The notes below the pieces were generated by a model. That model did not search any database and was not told the DNA's origin. It worked only from the letters and a program-made list of their open reading frames with translations. The translations under genes and the position numbers were made by a program. A stretch of 64,000 nt of DNA from Eledone cirrhosa (Eukaryota). Positions 26,485 to 39,408 of this stretch are shown here, in pieces (position 1 is the stretch's first letter; every line of letters starts with the position of its first letter). The stretch is taken from positions 119,908,001 to 119,972,000 of the forward strand of contig OZ024740.1 of NCBI GenBank assembly GCA_964016885.1. Reading direction: 5' to 3'.

Positions 26485-26700
26485 ATGAGTAGTTAGAGCA
26501 TTGGGCTTGTAATTGAGAGGTTGTGAGTTCAATTCTCAAAACGGGTGATGCATTTTGACATTGAGCAAGACACTTTATTTCACGTTGCTCCAGTTTACTC
26601 AGCTGCTAAAATGAGTTGTGACGTCACTGGTGCCAAGCTGTATAAGCCATTGCCTCACCCTTGGACAACATTGGTGGTTTTAGGAGTTGAAACATGGTCA
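26485..26700 (+). mobile_element. tRNA-derived SINE (family A)
   Basis: agtagttagagcattgggc..gagttcaattctc..ttgagcaagacactttatttcacgttgctccagtttactcagctg..gtgccaagctgtat. Confidence 0.8.
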
Positions 26701-26734
26701 TTAGCAAGTGATAGTGACCTTTATCATAATTTAT

Positions 26735-27360
26735 CATTATCATCACCATCAATGTTTTATGACCATTTTTCCATGCTAGCATGGGTTAGACGAGTTGTCC
26801 TGTTGTGAGCATTGCTAGGTCAGGTGACCATGTCTTGCTCATACTGAACTGATTTTGGCTTGGTTTCTATAGTTGGATGCCCTTCATAATGCCAACCTCA
26901 TTTACAGTGAGTACTGGGTGCTTTTTGTTGTGACAACTACATGACCACTTTACAGCATGGGCTGGGTGCTTTTTGACATGGCACCTACACGACCATTTAA
27001 AGTGGTGGGGTGGGGGGTGGCATACTGTATATATGCTTCAGCTACGGCCTGTGTCCTTGGAATGTCAGTATTTCTGTATTATTGTGTAATGCCAGAGATC
27101 TCGGTCCCATGTCATCACCTTTGAGAGGTGAAATTAGGCATGGTGAGCATTTATCACCTCATCATGAGTCTTTTGAAGTCTCTCCACTCCAAAGCTTCCA
27201 TTGACTTTGAGCACTCTGCACCTTTTTACAAAGCTGCCATCTTTCATATGCATCACATGACCATACCAATGTAATCTCCTCACCTTGAGGAGTTAATATG
27301 CTGCACTCATGGAATATGGAATGAAACACCTGTTGAGAAAAGGATATCCTCATTCCATCT
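26735..27360 (-). mobile_element. Decayed RTE 3' end
   Basis: (cat)n tail, the shared 3'UTR, and remnants of the R(L)xWxGHVxRM region (tggtatggtcatgtgatgcatatg). Confidence 0.7.
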
Positions 27361-27390
27361 TATTTTACTTCATTTTTTTCCTTTGTATTT

Positions 27391-27677
27391 CATCATCATT
27401 TTACATCCGCTTTTCCCTGCTTGCAAGGGTGGGACGGAAACTGATTCTGGCTTGATTTCTACAGCTGGATGTCCTTCCTAACACCAACCTTATTTACAGT
27501 GAGTGCTGGGTACTTTTTTGCTGTGGCACCCCCACGACCACTTTGCAGTGGAATGATATGGACCCCAGTCCCTATCATCTCATTTCTACAGCTGAGTAAA
27601 CTGGAGCAATGTGAAATAAAGTGTCTTGCTCAAGGAAACAACACATCACTCGGTCTGCGAATTGAACTCACAACCTC
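27391..27677 (-). mobile_element. SINE family A with RTE-derived tail
   Basis: Head and body match 31318-31520; extreme 3' end matches the RTE at 18950-19006. Confidence 0.8.
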
Positions 27678-28102
27678 CATTTGTGTATGTATATGTCTGC
27701 AGGCTAGCATGTTGATACATTTCTGTCTATGCTATGAGTATATATATATGTATTTGTTATATTTATTTACGTTTTTACTTACGTTTTTGCAGCCTTAACA
27801 TTCATATACATGTGTGTGCGTGTATGTGTATGTATATATATATTATATACATATATTATATATATTATATATATATATGTATATATATGTGCATGTGTGT
27901 ATGTATGTAAATGTGAGTGTGTGTGTGAATGCCTGTATATGTATATGTTCGTATGTATGTTTCTTTTTCTATATTGCTATATATTTTTATATATTATTTT
28001 TCTTACCCTTCTCTTCTTATGTATATTTCCTGTTATTTTTCCAGCCTCACTTCCAATTTTTAACAGATTTTAAATCTCATTTAATATTTTTATCCATGAC
28101 AT

Positions 28103-28170
28103 CTCTGTCTGACGACCGAGCCAGACATATATTATTATTGTCTGGGATCCAGAAACCTTTGGTAATGGAG
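28103..28170 (+). ncRNA. Hammerhead motif in the 5' pLTR of the Penelope-like element
   Basis: ctctgt-CTGACGA-c..ccagaca-loop-tgtctgg..a-GAAA-cc-ttt-gg-TA-atggag; stem I pairs with two G-U pairs. Confidence 0.65.
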
Positions 28171-28842
28171 TAGTTATATTTTGTGTTGTTCACTTTCTAC
28201 TTAAATAGCTCTGTTCTATACATAGAGCACTCTTTTTTCCTTTGCTTTTCCTTTGGAATTACCTAACACATAAACAGCTCCTAACAGGAAGGATCAACGC
28301 AAATTCTGCATATCTATGAGATTGGCATCTTCCAGCCTGACATGTTGAGTACTCTACAGTTATAAGGAAATGTACCAACACTAACTATGGATTTATATGA
28401 ACTGGATTACTCTGTTAAAAACATCCCAACACCCTCTAATGCTTCTTACACCAGAATGTTGATTGAGAAAGTCGAGAATGTAGTACAAAGAATGAGATGA
28501 AAGGCAATGGTTTTTGATGGACAATTCGGTTTAAATTCCAAGGAATACTTTGACATCAAGTCATGCAAATACCCACCAAGAGTTAACGATATGGCCCCTT
28601 TTGAATCCGACTTAGTTAATATGATTAACCAACTAAAATTTCGTAAGTACAATAATAATTTTCAAACTAAACTTGCTAATGATATTTCTAATATTAAGTC
28701 TTCTAATAATAAGTTCGTATTTTCCGATAAGACTAAAAACTTATATGAAGTAAATAACGATTTATATAACCAACTTTTAACAGATAGCATCACTACCAAA
28801 TATCAAAAAGCCAATACTAACACCCTTAATAATATAAATAAT

Positions 28843-29028
28843 TGTTTCTATTTTTAGGCACAAGGCCAGCAATTACCCAGTACATTATTGGTACTTTATT
28901 TTATCGACCCCGTAAGGATGAAAGGCAAAGTTAACCTCGGCGGGATTTGAACTCAGATCATAAAGGGACGTAACTCTATGCTTCAAAGCATGGTGCCCGA
29001 CTCTCTACCGATACTGCCAATCTACCGT
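28843..29028 (-). mobile_element. Full-length tRNA-SINE family B inserted into the PLE ORF
   Basis: 11-bp TSD atataaataat (28832-28842, 29029-29039); B box gagttcaaatcc. Removing it rejoins NTLNNINN|EAKDIASKLNI. Confidence 0.92.
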
Positions 29029-31317
29029 ATATAAATAATGAAGCTAAAGACATTGCAAGTAAATTAAATATTGATAATAGAACTGAAAGCCTAGCTAAAC
29101 GTAAAGTCTATATTACACTGAAAGACCACAAAATAGATTTTAATAACAGACCTAGTTGTAGGCTCATTAACCCTGCTAAATCAGAAATTGTTCTTGCCAG
29201 TAAAAAAAATATTAAGAAATATAATATCAAAAATAAGAAGTAAAACAGAACTTTATCAATGGCTTAGTACATCTTCAGTAGTTTCATGGTTTAATATTAT
29301 ACCTGAAAAAAAAAATCTAGATTCACTCAATTCGATATAATAGACTTCTACCCCTCTATTACTCAATCCTTATTAGCCAAAGCATTAGAATTCGCTAAGA
29401 ATTACACTAATATATCCGATTTAGAAGAGGAAGTAATTTTACATGCCCGGAAAACTCTACTTTTTGCCAAAAATAAATCTTGGCTAAAAGATTCTAACCT
29501 AGAAAACCCTTTTGAAGTCTCTATGGGTTCCGTTGACAGTGCCGATGTGTGTGATTTGGTCGGTTTGTTCCTTCTACACACAATAAGGGAAACACTCCCA
29601 GGTCACATCATTGGGTTATATCGAGATGATGGACTAGCAGTCTCTCATACCACCAATGGCCACGACCTCGACACTTTTCGTAAAGATTTAATTAAAATAT
29701 TCTCTGACCTAAACCTTAAAATTACTATAGATACTAACTAATCTTACCAACGTAAATTTCCTTGATATAAATCTTGACTTACTCACTGCTTCATTTAAGC
29801 CTTACCATAAACCTAATGAGAATCTAAAATATATAAATAAACTGCCATGCCATCCTCCCAAAGTATTTCAAAACCTCATCCCTAATATTAGCTGTAGGAT
29901 ATCTACCCTCTCCTCTTCTGAAAAAATATTTTATAAAGCGGCCCCTTACTATAATAATGACCTTAAAAAGAGCGGATTCACTGAACAAATTAAATATAAT
30001 TCTAACCCCTCTAACCCTTCTACACATAATAATAGGAAAAGAAAAATAATCTGGTTCACACCACCCTTCTCTTTAGCACTGAAAACTAATGTAGTTAGAA
30101 AGTTCCTTGAATTATTAAAGAAACATTTCCCCCATCAACATAAATATAACAACATTTTTAACAGAAGCTGTGTCAAGATTAGCTATTCTTGCAGTCCTTC
30201 AATAAAATCGAAAATCACCACCGGAAAAAACTGACGTAGGAATCCCAGGATGTTCATGCAGAAATCTAGGTGAATGTCCTTTGCAAGGCAAATGCAACAT
30301 TAAATCCATTGTATATGAGTCAATTATAAGACCTACTCATACCAACCAACTTTCAACGTTATGTGTGCATGACCCAGGATACCTTTAAAAAAAGATACTA
30401 TGCACACATTGCTTCCTTCCGACACCAGGATAAAAAGAAAACTACGGCGCTGACAAATAGAATGTGGGAGATGAAAGAGTGTGGGATCCCATATGAAGTT
30501 GATTGGTCTATTTTAGACCAATCAAAGGAATATGTTAAAGGCACAAGAAGGTGTACCTTGTGTGTAACAGAAAAATATAGAATTCTACAAAATCTGAAGC
30601 CTCCCAACACCTGTCTTAACTCTAATTCTGAGATATTTAAAATTTGCCCACATATAAGAACTCATCTCCTTTCTCGGCATCAAAACATCATTTTGGACCC
30701 TTACCGATTTTGAACACTTTCCTTTTCACACATTCAACAGTTATATTACACCTTGAACACTCTCTCTTACTTTAAAACCAATGGACCTTTATCACACATT
30801 CAACACTTTATGCCCTTATTTTATATTACACCTATTTTATTCATTTCTTCTTTTCCCTTACTTTTACCGCTAACAATCTCTCTTAATTTACCACGAACAC
30901 TCTCTCTTATTTTAAACACCATTTTTAAATAGCTGTGCATAGAGCACTCTTTTTTCCTTTGCTTTTCCTTCAGAATTACCTAACATATATATGCGAAAAG
31001 TAAAAGTGGAAACAACACGGAAGTATATTTAAAGCATCTTTGTCCTTTTTTTCTTCTTTAATCCGACAGAGTAAGGGTTTTAAGAAAAGTATGTGTGTGT
31101 GGGTGGGGTGGGGGGTTATAAAATATTACCGGTTTCATTAAGTAAATTTATCTTACCAAATATTAAATTAAAATAGTCACAGATTAAATGTTGTAAAAAT
31201 TATCTTCATTTCTGTGTAATGAGAATATCTGGGTTTATCTAGAAGAATTATTCTTTATATATACTGTTCTTTGTGAGGGTGTGTGTATATATATATGGAG
31301 TGTGTGTATATATATAT

Positions 31318-31705
31318 GGAGGCACATGGCTTAGTGGTTAGAGCATTGGCCTTGCAATCGAAAGGTTGTGAGTTTAATTCTCAGACCGGTTGATGTGTTG
31401 TTTCCTTGAGCAAGACACTTTATTTCACATTGCTCCAGTTTACTCAGCTGTAGAAATGAGATGATAGGGCTGGAGTCCCTATCATTCCACTGCAAAGTGG
31501 TCGTGGAGGAGCCACGGCAAAAAAGCACCCAGTAAAAACCTCCCAGTCCACACTGTAAACGTGGTTGGTGTTAGGAAGGGCCTCCAGCCGTAGAAAAGCT
31601 GCCAGACAGTCCTGAGCAAGACAACCAATCTTGCCTCAAGTGGGACAATTCCCATCCAGACCCATGCTAGCGTGGAAGATGGACGTTAAACGATGATGAT
31701 GATGA
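31318..31705 (+). mobile_element. Full-length SINE family A with RTE-derived 3' tail
   Basis: A box tggcttagtggttaga, B box gagtttaattctc, shared core, then RTE 3'UTR ending gctagcgtggaagatggacgttaaac(gat)n. Confidence 0.88.
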
Positions 31706-31848
31706 TACATACATATACATACATTCATATATATATATATATACACATATACATATATATATATACACACACATATATATATATATACACATATACATAC
31801 ATATATATACATACATACATATATATATACATACATACATACATATAC

Positions 31849-31891
<43 letters not shown>

Positions 31892-31931
31892 TATACATAT
31901 ATATATATACACACACATATACATACACATG

Positions 31932-31967
<36 letters not shown>

Positions 31968-32119
31968 TATATATATATACACATATACATACATATATAT
32001 ACACATATATATATATACACACACACACACATATACACACACACATACACACACACATGCACATATATATATATATTTACATACACTCAAAGTCAATATA
32101 TATTTACATCCTCTCAAAG

Positions 32120-32495
32120 TCAATGACACACGACCGTGACTTCTGGCGTCACGCAGTAATATAGGGTACCCGACCTCCCATGGGTACATGCTGAAGCATA
32201 TAAACAATATGCCCCCCCCCCCACCGCAAGGTGGTCGTGGAGGTGCCACGGCAAAAAAGCACCCAGCCCACACTGTAAAGTGGACGTGTAGGCGCCACGA
32301 AAAAGCACCCAGCACTCACTGTAAATGAGGTTGGTGTTAGGAAGGGCATCCAGCTGTAGAAATCAAGCCAGATCAGTTCCTGTATGAGCAAGGCATGGTC
32401 AGCCGACCAGACACTGCCCACAACAGGACAACCCGTCTAACCCATGCTAGCGTGGAAGAACGGACGTAAAACGGTGATGATGATGATGATGATGA
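32120..32495 (+). mobile_element. RTE LINE 3' end
   Basis: ..[17 protein letters not shown]-like ORF end, 3'UTR with two 48-bp subrepeats, (gat)n tail. Confidence 0.8.
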
Positions 32496-35400
32496 TACAC
32501 ATATATACATACATATATACACGTATATATGCGTGTGTGTACTTGTTTGTAATGAATAAATAAATAAATAAATAAATGGAAGCTAGAATATTGTGTGTAA
32601 CTCTAATAGTTCTTTCTCAAGAAAATTTATTATCCAATTTATATCAACTCCCAATGACAATACAATTCTTGTCTTTTGTTAATTATTTTCCATAGGTTCA
32701 AATTTCTGAAACAATGTATACAATAAAGCCAAATATAAAATTTCTTAGGGGAAATGTATAGCAGTAATAAATAACAACTCTAGCTCTGTGAAATATAAAA
32801 ATACAAATCCTGATTGAACTTGCAAGCAATAAACAAATATATTTGAACTGATTGAAATAACATTGCTCATTCATGTTTGATTTTCTCCAACAAATTGTTG
32901 CGATTAAACAACAAAACATATATTGTGTCTTGCTGTTTCCAAGTTAATAAGGCAGTAGACTCCAGCTATATGGCTTGGGCTTTTATTCACGTTCTGGAAA
33001 TCATTTCATAAAAGCTTTCAAGACTCATTAGGAAACTCTTATTTATATTTATGATTTGTTGATATTGAAAAGTTTATTAATTTGTATATAAAACTGTGGA
33101 GTTAGTGTTGATGATATAAACATTGATAAGATATAGATAAATAGTTTTGTGTTTCCCAAATGAATCCTATAAAAACAGTTTCTGAAACATTGTTTTATAT
33201 CCCTTTCAAGTGTCATAGAATGTGTCAGAACTACAGGTCCTGTTCATAAAGATCAAATGAACTGAATGATAATACAGCTGATGTTGAAGAATAATAATTT
33301 TTTTTTATATTCAAGTTTAGCAGTCCTAAACCACCAACAGAAATAAATGATATTGAGGAGTGTAAGGAAAATATATTCTTTTCTTCTTTCAATTGTTAAA
33401 CTATGGCCATGTTGGGACACCGCATTTAAGGGTTTTAGTCAATTATAATGATCCCAGTAATATCTTGTACTTATTTCATTAAATCCAGAGTAGGCTGATC
33501 ACATATCTAATTGGGCATGAAGAGAGGTAACTGAGTTGGATAAAAAATATCACAATGTATTTTTGTTTGGTGCACTATTTATTATCTCAGTTCAAGGCAT
33601 GCTTACAGACACTCACATATATATATATATACCAACTATCAAATTTCCCTCATAAGGTACTGATCAAGGTGACACTATGCTAGAAAGCACATGCCCAAAG
33701 GATTGAGCTTCAGTCTACTATAAATAACAATTACAAGATCTGCTTCATCTACCTTGACAGGTAATACCAATAAGACACCAAATACTAACAATAACATAAA
33801 AAGATACAAAACAATCTTAAATCAAGTCAACAAGGTCACTTAATCTTCTATAAATAACAACCAAATCTCCATCACACCAAAGAATGGTGTGCTGTGCCCA
33901 GGAAATATCAGGTGGTTCACAGCTAGAATATCTTTGGTTATAGGTCAGCTCAATCAGGGCTGACATGGAAATAAACAAGAATAATAAACAATCTAAAAGT
34001 TTGAAGTAGAGACAAAAGAACAGTACTTTTACATTAATGGCCTCATTGAACCTTCAAATTATTGCACTACCAATCATCTTCAATAAATTAAGAAGAATTG
34101 AATCTCTCAAATACTGTATAATTTGCTTGTTTCTGCAATAATCTTATAACACAGACACAGGAAAATGAAACTACTGCATCATATTCAGACTGAAAGACCT
34201 AAGGATGAGCAGCATGAAATATGATTTTAATGTTTTCAGAAATTATGATAAAATGATGTAATATCAATGAGAAGGATAATACAACTTGCCCATGAAAGGA
34301 AAATCTAATCAACAAAATATTTATCATTTAATCCAACATTATTGACTTTGAAGTTTTACTTGAAATAATGAGTAAATAGAACTAATTCTTCTAGTAAAAC
34401 ATGCATACTGATGTTGTACATACATTTTCCATACTGTTATGTGTTAGAGTGGATGCCATGGTCTGAGACTACACTGGCCAACGTATCATGCCCTGCTCAT
34501 ACATTCTATATTTGCTTTGGTGTCAATGGCTAGATGCCCTCCCTACTGTCACCCACTCTACAGGTTACTGGAGGCATTTAATTGTGGAACTAGCATTACT
34601 ATATTACAGTGTGTATTGAGGGCATTTTATCATACCACATGCACAACCATGTTACATGGCGTATTGTGGCATAACCATGAACATTTTACTAAGTGGACTG
34701 AGTGCATTTTTAGTGTGGAGCTAGTTAAGAAGAATAAATATTTTAGTTATATTCGACCAACATTTAAAACAAATGTTAATGATAAAATAAGAAATATCTA
34801 TGCTTTGATTGTTCCACTAATATGCTACTGCTATAATGAAGTCAACTGGAAGTAAAGTGGTGTGAATAGATGGATAATTCAAGAAAGTAAAAGTAGATAC
34901 CAAGAAAATATTGATTATGAACAGAAAAAAGGTATGAAACCAGTGCAATTAGAAAGTTATTTATAAAACAGCTTCTCTAGAATTAGAAAAATTATCTAAT
35001 AAAAAAACAACAAACCAATGTCTAGAAAACATAACATAATGACAAAAGATACACAATTTATGCATCCTCAGTAGTATAAACAAGGACTGAAGCAACAGAT
35101 TACTGTAATGAAAATGAATAATCTACAATGCAAAAGATAAAATCATGATAAACAAACTCTGAAGCCTCTACATAGTCAATATCATAAGAAAAGACTGGAG
35201 TGGAAGTAGATTAGTATGCCCAAGGCTGAAAACTAAGACCAATCTACATGCTAAATTGAAAACACTGATATTTATTTCCTTTGCTTCCAAGTCTATAAAA
35301 CCTACATTATTTATTGAAGAATTCTAGATAAAACAAAACTGTTATTACTTATATCTTTTGAAGAAGACTTTATTCATATGGACACTTTTACAAAATCTTG

Positions 35401-35689
35401 TTATTTTCCCTTTTTTTTTTATTTGTATGTAATAAATATATCTCAAAGAATTGCAACTTTCATTTACATTGATTTGATGGATAAAACAGAAGATATGATT
35501 TTGTCACATGTTGACAGCTAAATTCTAGCACATTACACTTGGACACAAACTAGTTAATAAGACATTTAAGAACATTTCAAAAGCTAAACAAAAGCAGGTT
35601 ATCAGTAAAGATACTCTATTAATAATTTCAAATTACCAAGTACTTCCCTTAGAAGAACTGAAGAAATTGATAGTGCCCATGAATTTCAC

Positions 35690-36080
35690 AGGCCTCTATG
35701 ACCAGAGAGATTGATACTGCTGATATTTAATTGAAACTGTAACAAGTTAAATTCTGTTAGATAGACATGAGCAAGGAAAGTATTCTTGAGAGCTGACATT
35801 CCAGGCAGAAAGGAATAAGTGTAATGGTTAGTGTGGAGCTTAAGGCGTTGAGCACAATATGGGTGATGAGAGGAGGTAAGACAAGTTAGATGGGACTGCC
35901 TGAATAGAAGTGGCATGGAGCTAACAAGAGGGTCTAGCAAGCTCCAGGGAACAGAGACCATTATTGTAATGGTAGAAGGAACAGGGAAAGAAGACAGCAT
36001 GTCACTGACACAGAAGTTAGAGTGCCAATGCTTGATCTTATACCATTTAGCTAAGTGGGTTTTGTATTATAAGTGTATTG
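35690..36080 (-). mobile_element. CR1/L2-group LINE C-terminal fragment
   Basis: ..HPYC..LHTNHYTYSFLPGMSALKNTFL..FNLLQFQLNI resembles the SFFPRTxxLWNxLP C-terminus. Confidence 0.55.
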
Positions 36081-36236
36081 GAATGTAGAGCAGAGGCCTC
36101 CCTAGCCTGCTATTGTTAGTTAAGTTTCTAAGGTTTCTGAGTTAATATCACATATTGGATGATTGTAGCTTTCATTTCATTAGAATTAAAGTCCTGATCT
36201 AATCAACTGAAATTACTTTCTTTCAAATTTGCTCTA

Positions 36237-36416
36237 GGGGTATCAGTAGAGGGTTGGACGCCATGCTTTGCAGCAAAGAGTTACGGCCCTTTATGGTCTG
36301 AGTTCAAAAGCCACCGAGGCTAACTTGGCCTTTCATCCTTATGGGGTCGATAAAATAAAGTACCAGTAATACACTGGGATAATTGCTGGCCTTGTGCCAA
36401 AAGTAGAAACAATTAT
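36237..36416 (+). mobile_element. tRNA-SINE family B
   Basis: Reverse complement of 28843-29028; ends tagaaacaattat. Confidence 0.85.
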
Positions 36417-36699
36417 GATAAAAAAATTAAAAACATAAATAGTATTTCTAAGGAGATAAAAGAATAATTTTGTGACAATTGAGGCGGCAATGGAACTAGG
36501 ATTATAGTATTATTCATAGGAGATGCTTTGGATTTTTAAATGGTACATTCTGATACAAACTTGCCTCAAACCATCTTTGGTTCTGTTAAACAAATCCAAC
36601 TATTTTATATAAGAACCTTTTGTTAAATATTGTTACAAATGTTTTACTACATTCCTACAGAAAATTATACTATTTTCTCTCAATAAGCTTTAGCAAGAA

Positions 36700-37163
36700 A
36701 ACATTCCTCATAGGTGTAAAGTGCTATCTTCAATTTGGCATTTGTGTCAACCCTTACATATGGTCATGAATCAAAAGAATATGATCATAAACAGAAGCAA
36801 CCAAAATTAGGTTCCTCTTAGAGCCATCACTTCTCCAAATTGAGAGGTACAACTCTGATACTATGGGCATGTGGTTAGAAATGCTTGTCAGATTTTGCAG
36901 GCAAAACCAACCAGTAGGAGACCCAAAAGCAGACCCAAAGCAAGAAGGTTGGATAACATTTATGAGCTTGACTGGTTACACATGAGGATCCAGCCGAAGC
37001 AATTTGAGATGGTTGATTCGGAAAGGACCCACTGGAAGGAGTGTTTGAGGACTCTACCCCCATGACCACCCCAGGAATAAGTTAGAAGAAAAAAAAAAGA
37101 AGGAGAAGGAGAAGAAGAAGAAGAAGAAGAAGAAGAAGAAGAAGAAGAAGAAGAAGAAGAAGA
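36700..37163 (+). mobile_element. Decayed RTE-type 3' end with (GAA)n tail
   Basis: LTYGHE.., Q(L)*YYGHVVR, RRPKSRPKARRLDNI..ERTHW, followed by (aag)n at 37095-37163. Confidence 0.65.
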
Positions 37164-38850
37164 ATCCTAATAAACCCCAATTTATATTTATTGTTTCAAG
37201 TTACTACGGTACAAAAATACAAAATTAATGTAATAAATAACAGCTATATCCGTTAATGGTTAAGGCAATATATTTATGGCTTCTGTCTTTCATCTTTAAA
37301 TGATGTCTCAAACTTTTCAAATAAGGCAAAAATATAAAACAACGATGAAAAATATTATTAACTTTCTGTTTTCTTTCCCCATTTGCATTAATGTGCAGTG
37401 ATTGCAATACTCTTGTAACTTAATATTTTTTAATTAATAGAAACCCTGCCGACAACTTTGTTTCTACTTTGGCGTTTTCTGTGTGTGTTCTCAAGTTAGT
37501 GATGTGTGGGATGAATGAAATAAAAGAGAAGAGTTAGTGAACCTTGCCAATATTTGGTAAACAGCAGAGGATAAAGAAATTAAAAGTCTCTAACACTTAG
37601 CACCATGCAGTGCTTAGTCAGTTGTAAGACGTCATGCTTGCTTCACACCATTGCTTTCAGTGACCTCCATTCAACGAACCCACACAGTTGCAGGTTGAAA
37701 GTTACACAAATAAAATTCTACTGGCAGTTTAAAATCTCTCCTTCTGTCTATCTCTCCCTCCCTCTTTCTTTATTCTGCTTCTCATAGAAACAGTGAAAAT
37801 GCTGCAGAGTTACTTTGCACCTGACCACAGAGCATGGTTTATGATTAAAAAAAAATCTTTTGTAATTGCTTTATAAACTAAAAACATCACGAGTGGTTTT
37901 TGACAAGGAAAGGCTTAATTATATATAGTTTTTTTTTCTGTCCGGAAACACTAATTCTACTCCTATGTAAAATATATAGGTATAACAGCATATTTCTCTT
38001 TAAATAGTGCAATAGTAAATTTTTATTTGGCACCAGTCAGCAAACATTCTGTAACTAATCACATCTGATTGATCACATGGTGAAAATTAAAAAATAGTCT
38101 TTACATCTCCCATTTTCCAATCATTCCAATCAATCTTTATTATGAAATCACAAACCCCACATCAACCTTTCACCCTCTTTCATTTACTCTCCCCTACTAT
38201 GTGTTTGTAATGCATATATACACACACACATACATTCAGTCATGACATTATACACATTGATTATATTGTAGAAACTGTAATTGAGAAATCCCAGCAGGGG
38301 TTAGGCTTTTTCAAGTGATGGGTAGCCAAGAGTGGTAGCTTAACACCAACAGTGTTTATGCAATAAAGCAATGCTCAGTTGAGTTTTTACAATCAACTTA
38401 TTGAAGTCTCGCATCCTGGTGGCAGAATTAGCATTTTTATGACTGACTGCTATCACTGTGAACTGTGTATAGGAGCTGAAACGGGTCATTGAAAAATAGA
38501 ATGTGGTTCTAAAAGGGGAGGAAATTATTTGCACCCATCAATGCATTAACAACTTTTTTATTGTAGAGCAAACACAATATTTCAGTTTGCATTGCTTTAT
38601 CCAGTTTGAGCAAAGGACAAAAAGGAAGATGGAGGTGTAGTGGTGGATTAAATATTGGCTGTGTTCAGTATAAAAGAATCAGGAAGTAGGAGTGGTTCTG
38701 GAAATATTAACAGCTGTAGACAGTTAATTTATAGTTTCATATGAGAATTTCTGGGAATTAATTTCTAGGATATATTGGATATCATACAAATACTTCCTTA
38801 ATAGAAAACTTTTATTTTGTATATGCGTATGCAATATAAATATATATATG

Positions 38851-38892
<42 letters not shown>

Positions 38893-39342
38893 TATATATA
38901 TACATATACAAAATATATATATATTGTGTGTGGCGTTTGTGTGTGCATGTGTGCAAGCACATATACAGACGTCTGAATGTGTATTTTCAGAGATATATTT
39001 ATATATACAGAGGTCATTATATTTACACAGAGATGTATCTATATACACAAATGTTCACATGTAAGTTAGTCTCTTCTCATATGTCTGTGTTTACAAGCAC
39101 ACACATAAAAGACATTTATGAGATTACTATATATATATATATATAAAATAACCACGGAACAAATTCAAAGCATGCTTGTACACAAACTACAGTTTCAAAT
39201 GCCACGCATTGTCGATTAAGTCCCAAACTTTACTACTTCATCAATGAATTATGGAAAACAATGATTACATTTAACAATCACTGCATTTTCATATACAAGT
39301 TTGATAGTTAAACATATGATATTCAAACCTTAATTTAATAAT

Positions 39343-39408
39343 TGTTTCTACGTTAGGCACAAGGCCAGCAATTACCCAGTGTATTACTGGTACTTTATTT
39401 TATTGACC
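39343..39408 (-). mobile_element. Short 5'-truncated SINE family B with ~15-bp TSD
   Basis: ccttaatttaataat at 39328-39342 and 39409-39423. Confidence 0.75.

Larger units (their letters stand above)
28095..30990 (+). mobile_element. Near-complete, decayed Penelope-like element (RT + C-terminal GIY-YIG; probably Hydra-type clade)
   Basis: ATG at 28387 gives YSVKNIPTPS..LIEKVE..RMR*KA; YITLKDHK..CRLINPAKSE; FDIIDFYPSI; MGSVDSADVCDLVG; GLYRDDGL; FLDINLDL; IIWFTPPFS; CSCR..CPL.G.C..IVY..VYVCMT..FKKRY..H; CTLCVTEK; CLN..CPH. A ~65-bp direct repeat lies at 28200-28270 and 30925-30988. Several stops and frameshifts. Confidence 0.9.

Noticed and set aside
28498-28500. In-frame TGA in the PLE ORF as possible selenocysteine (as in some Naiad PLEs)
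   Set aside because: It replaces the Trp of the RWKA motif (TGG->TGA), the copy has other frameshifts and stops, and the domain order is RT-EN rather than the Naiad EN-RT.
31318-31395. tRNA genes at A/B-box-containing sequences
   Set aside because: No complete cloverleaf or acceptor stem; they continue into SINE bodies and are SINE heads.
38340-38534. Minus-strand ORF with a tttcag acceptor inside the large intron
   Set aside because: Splicing in phase 1 hits a stop after seven codons and there is no recognisable protein similarity.
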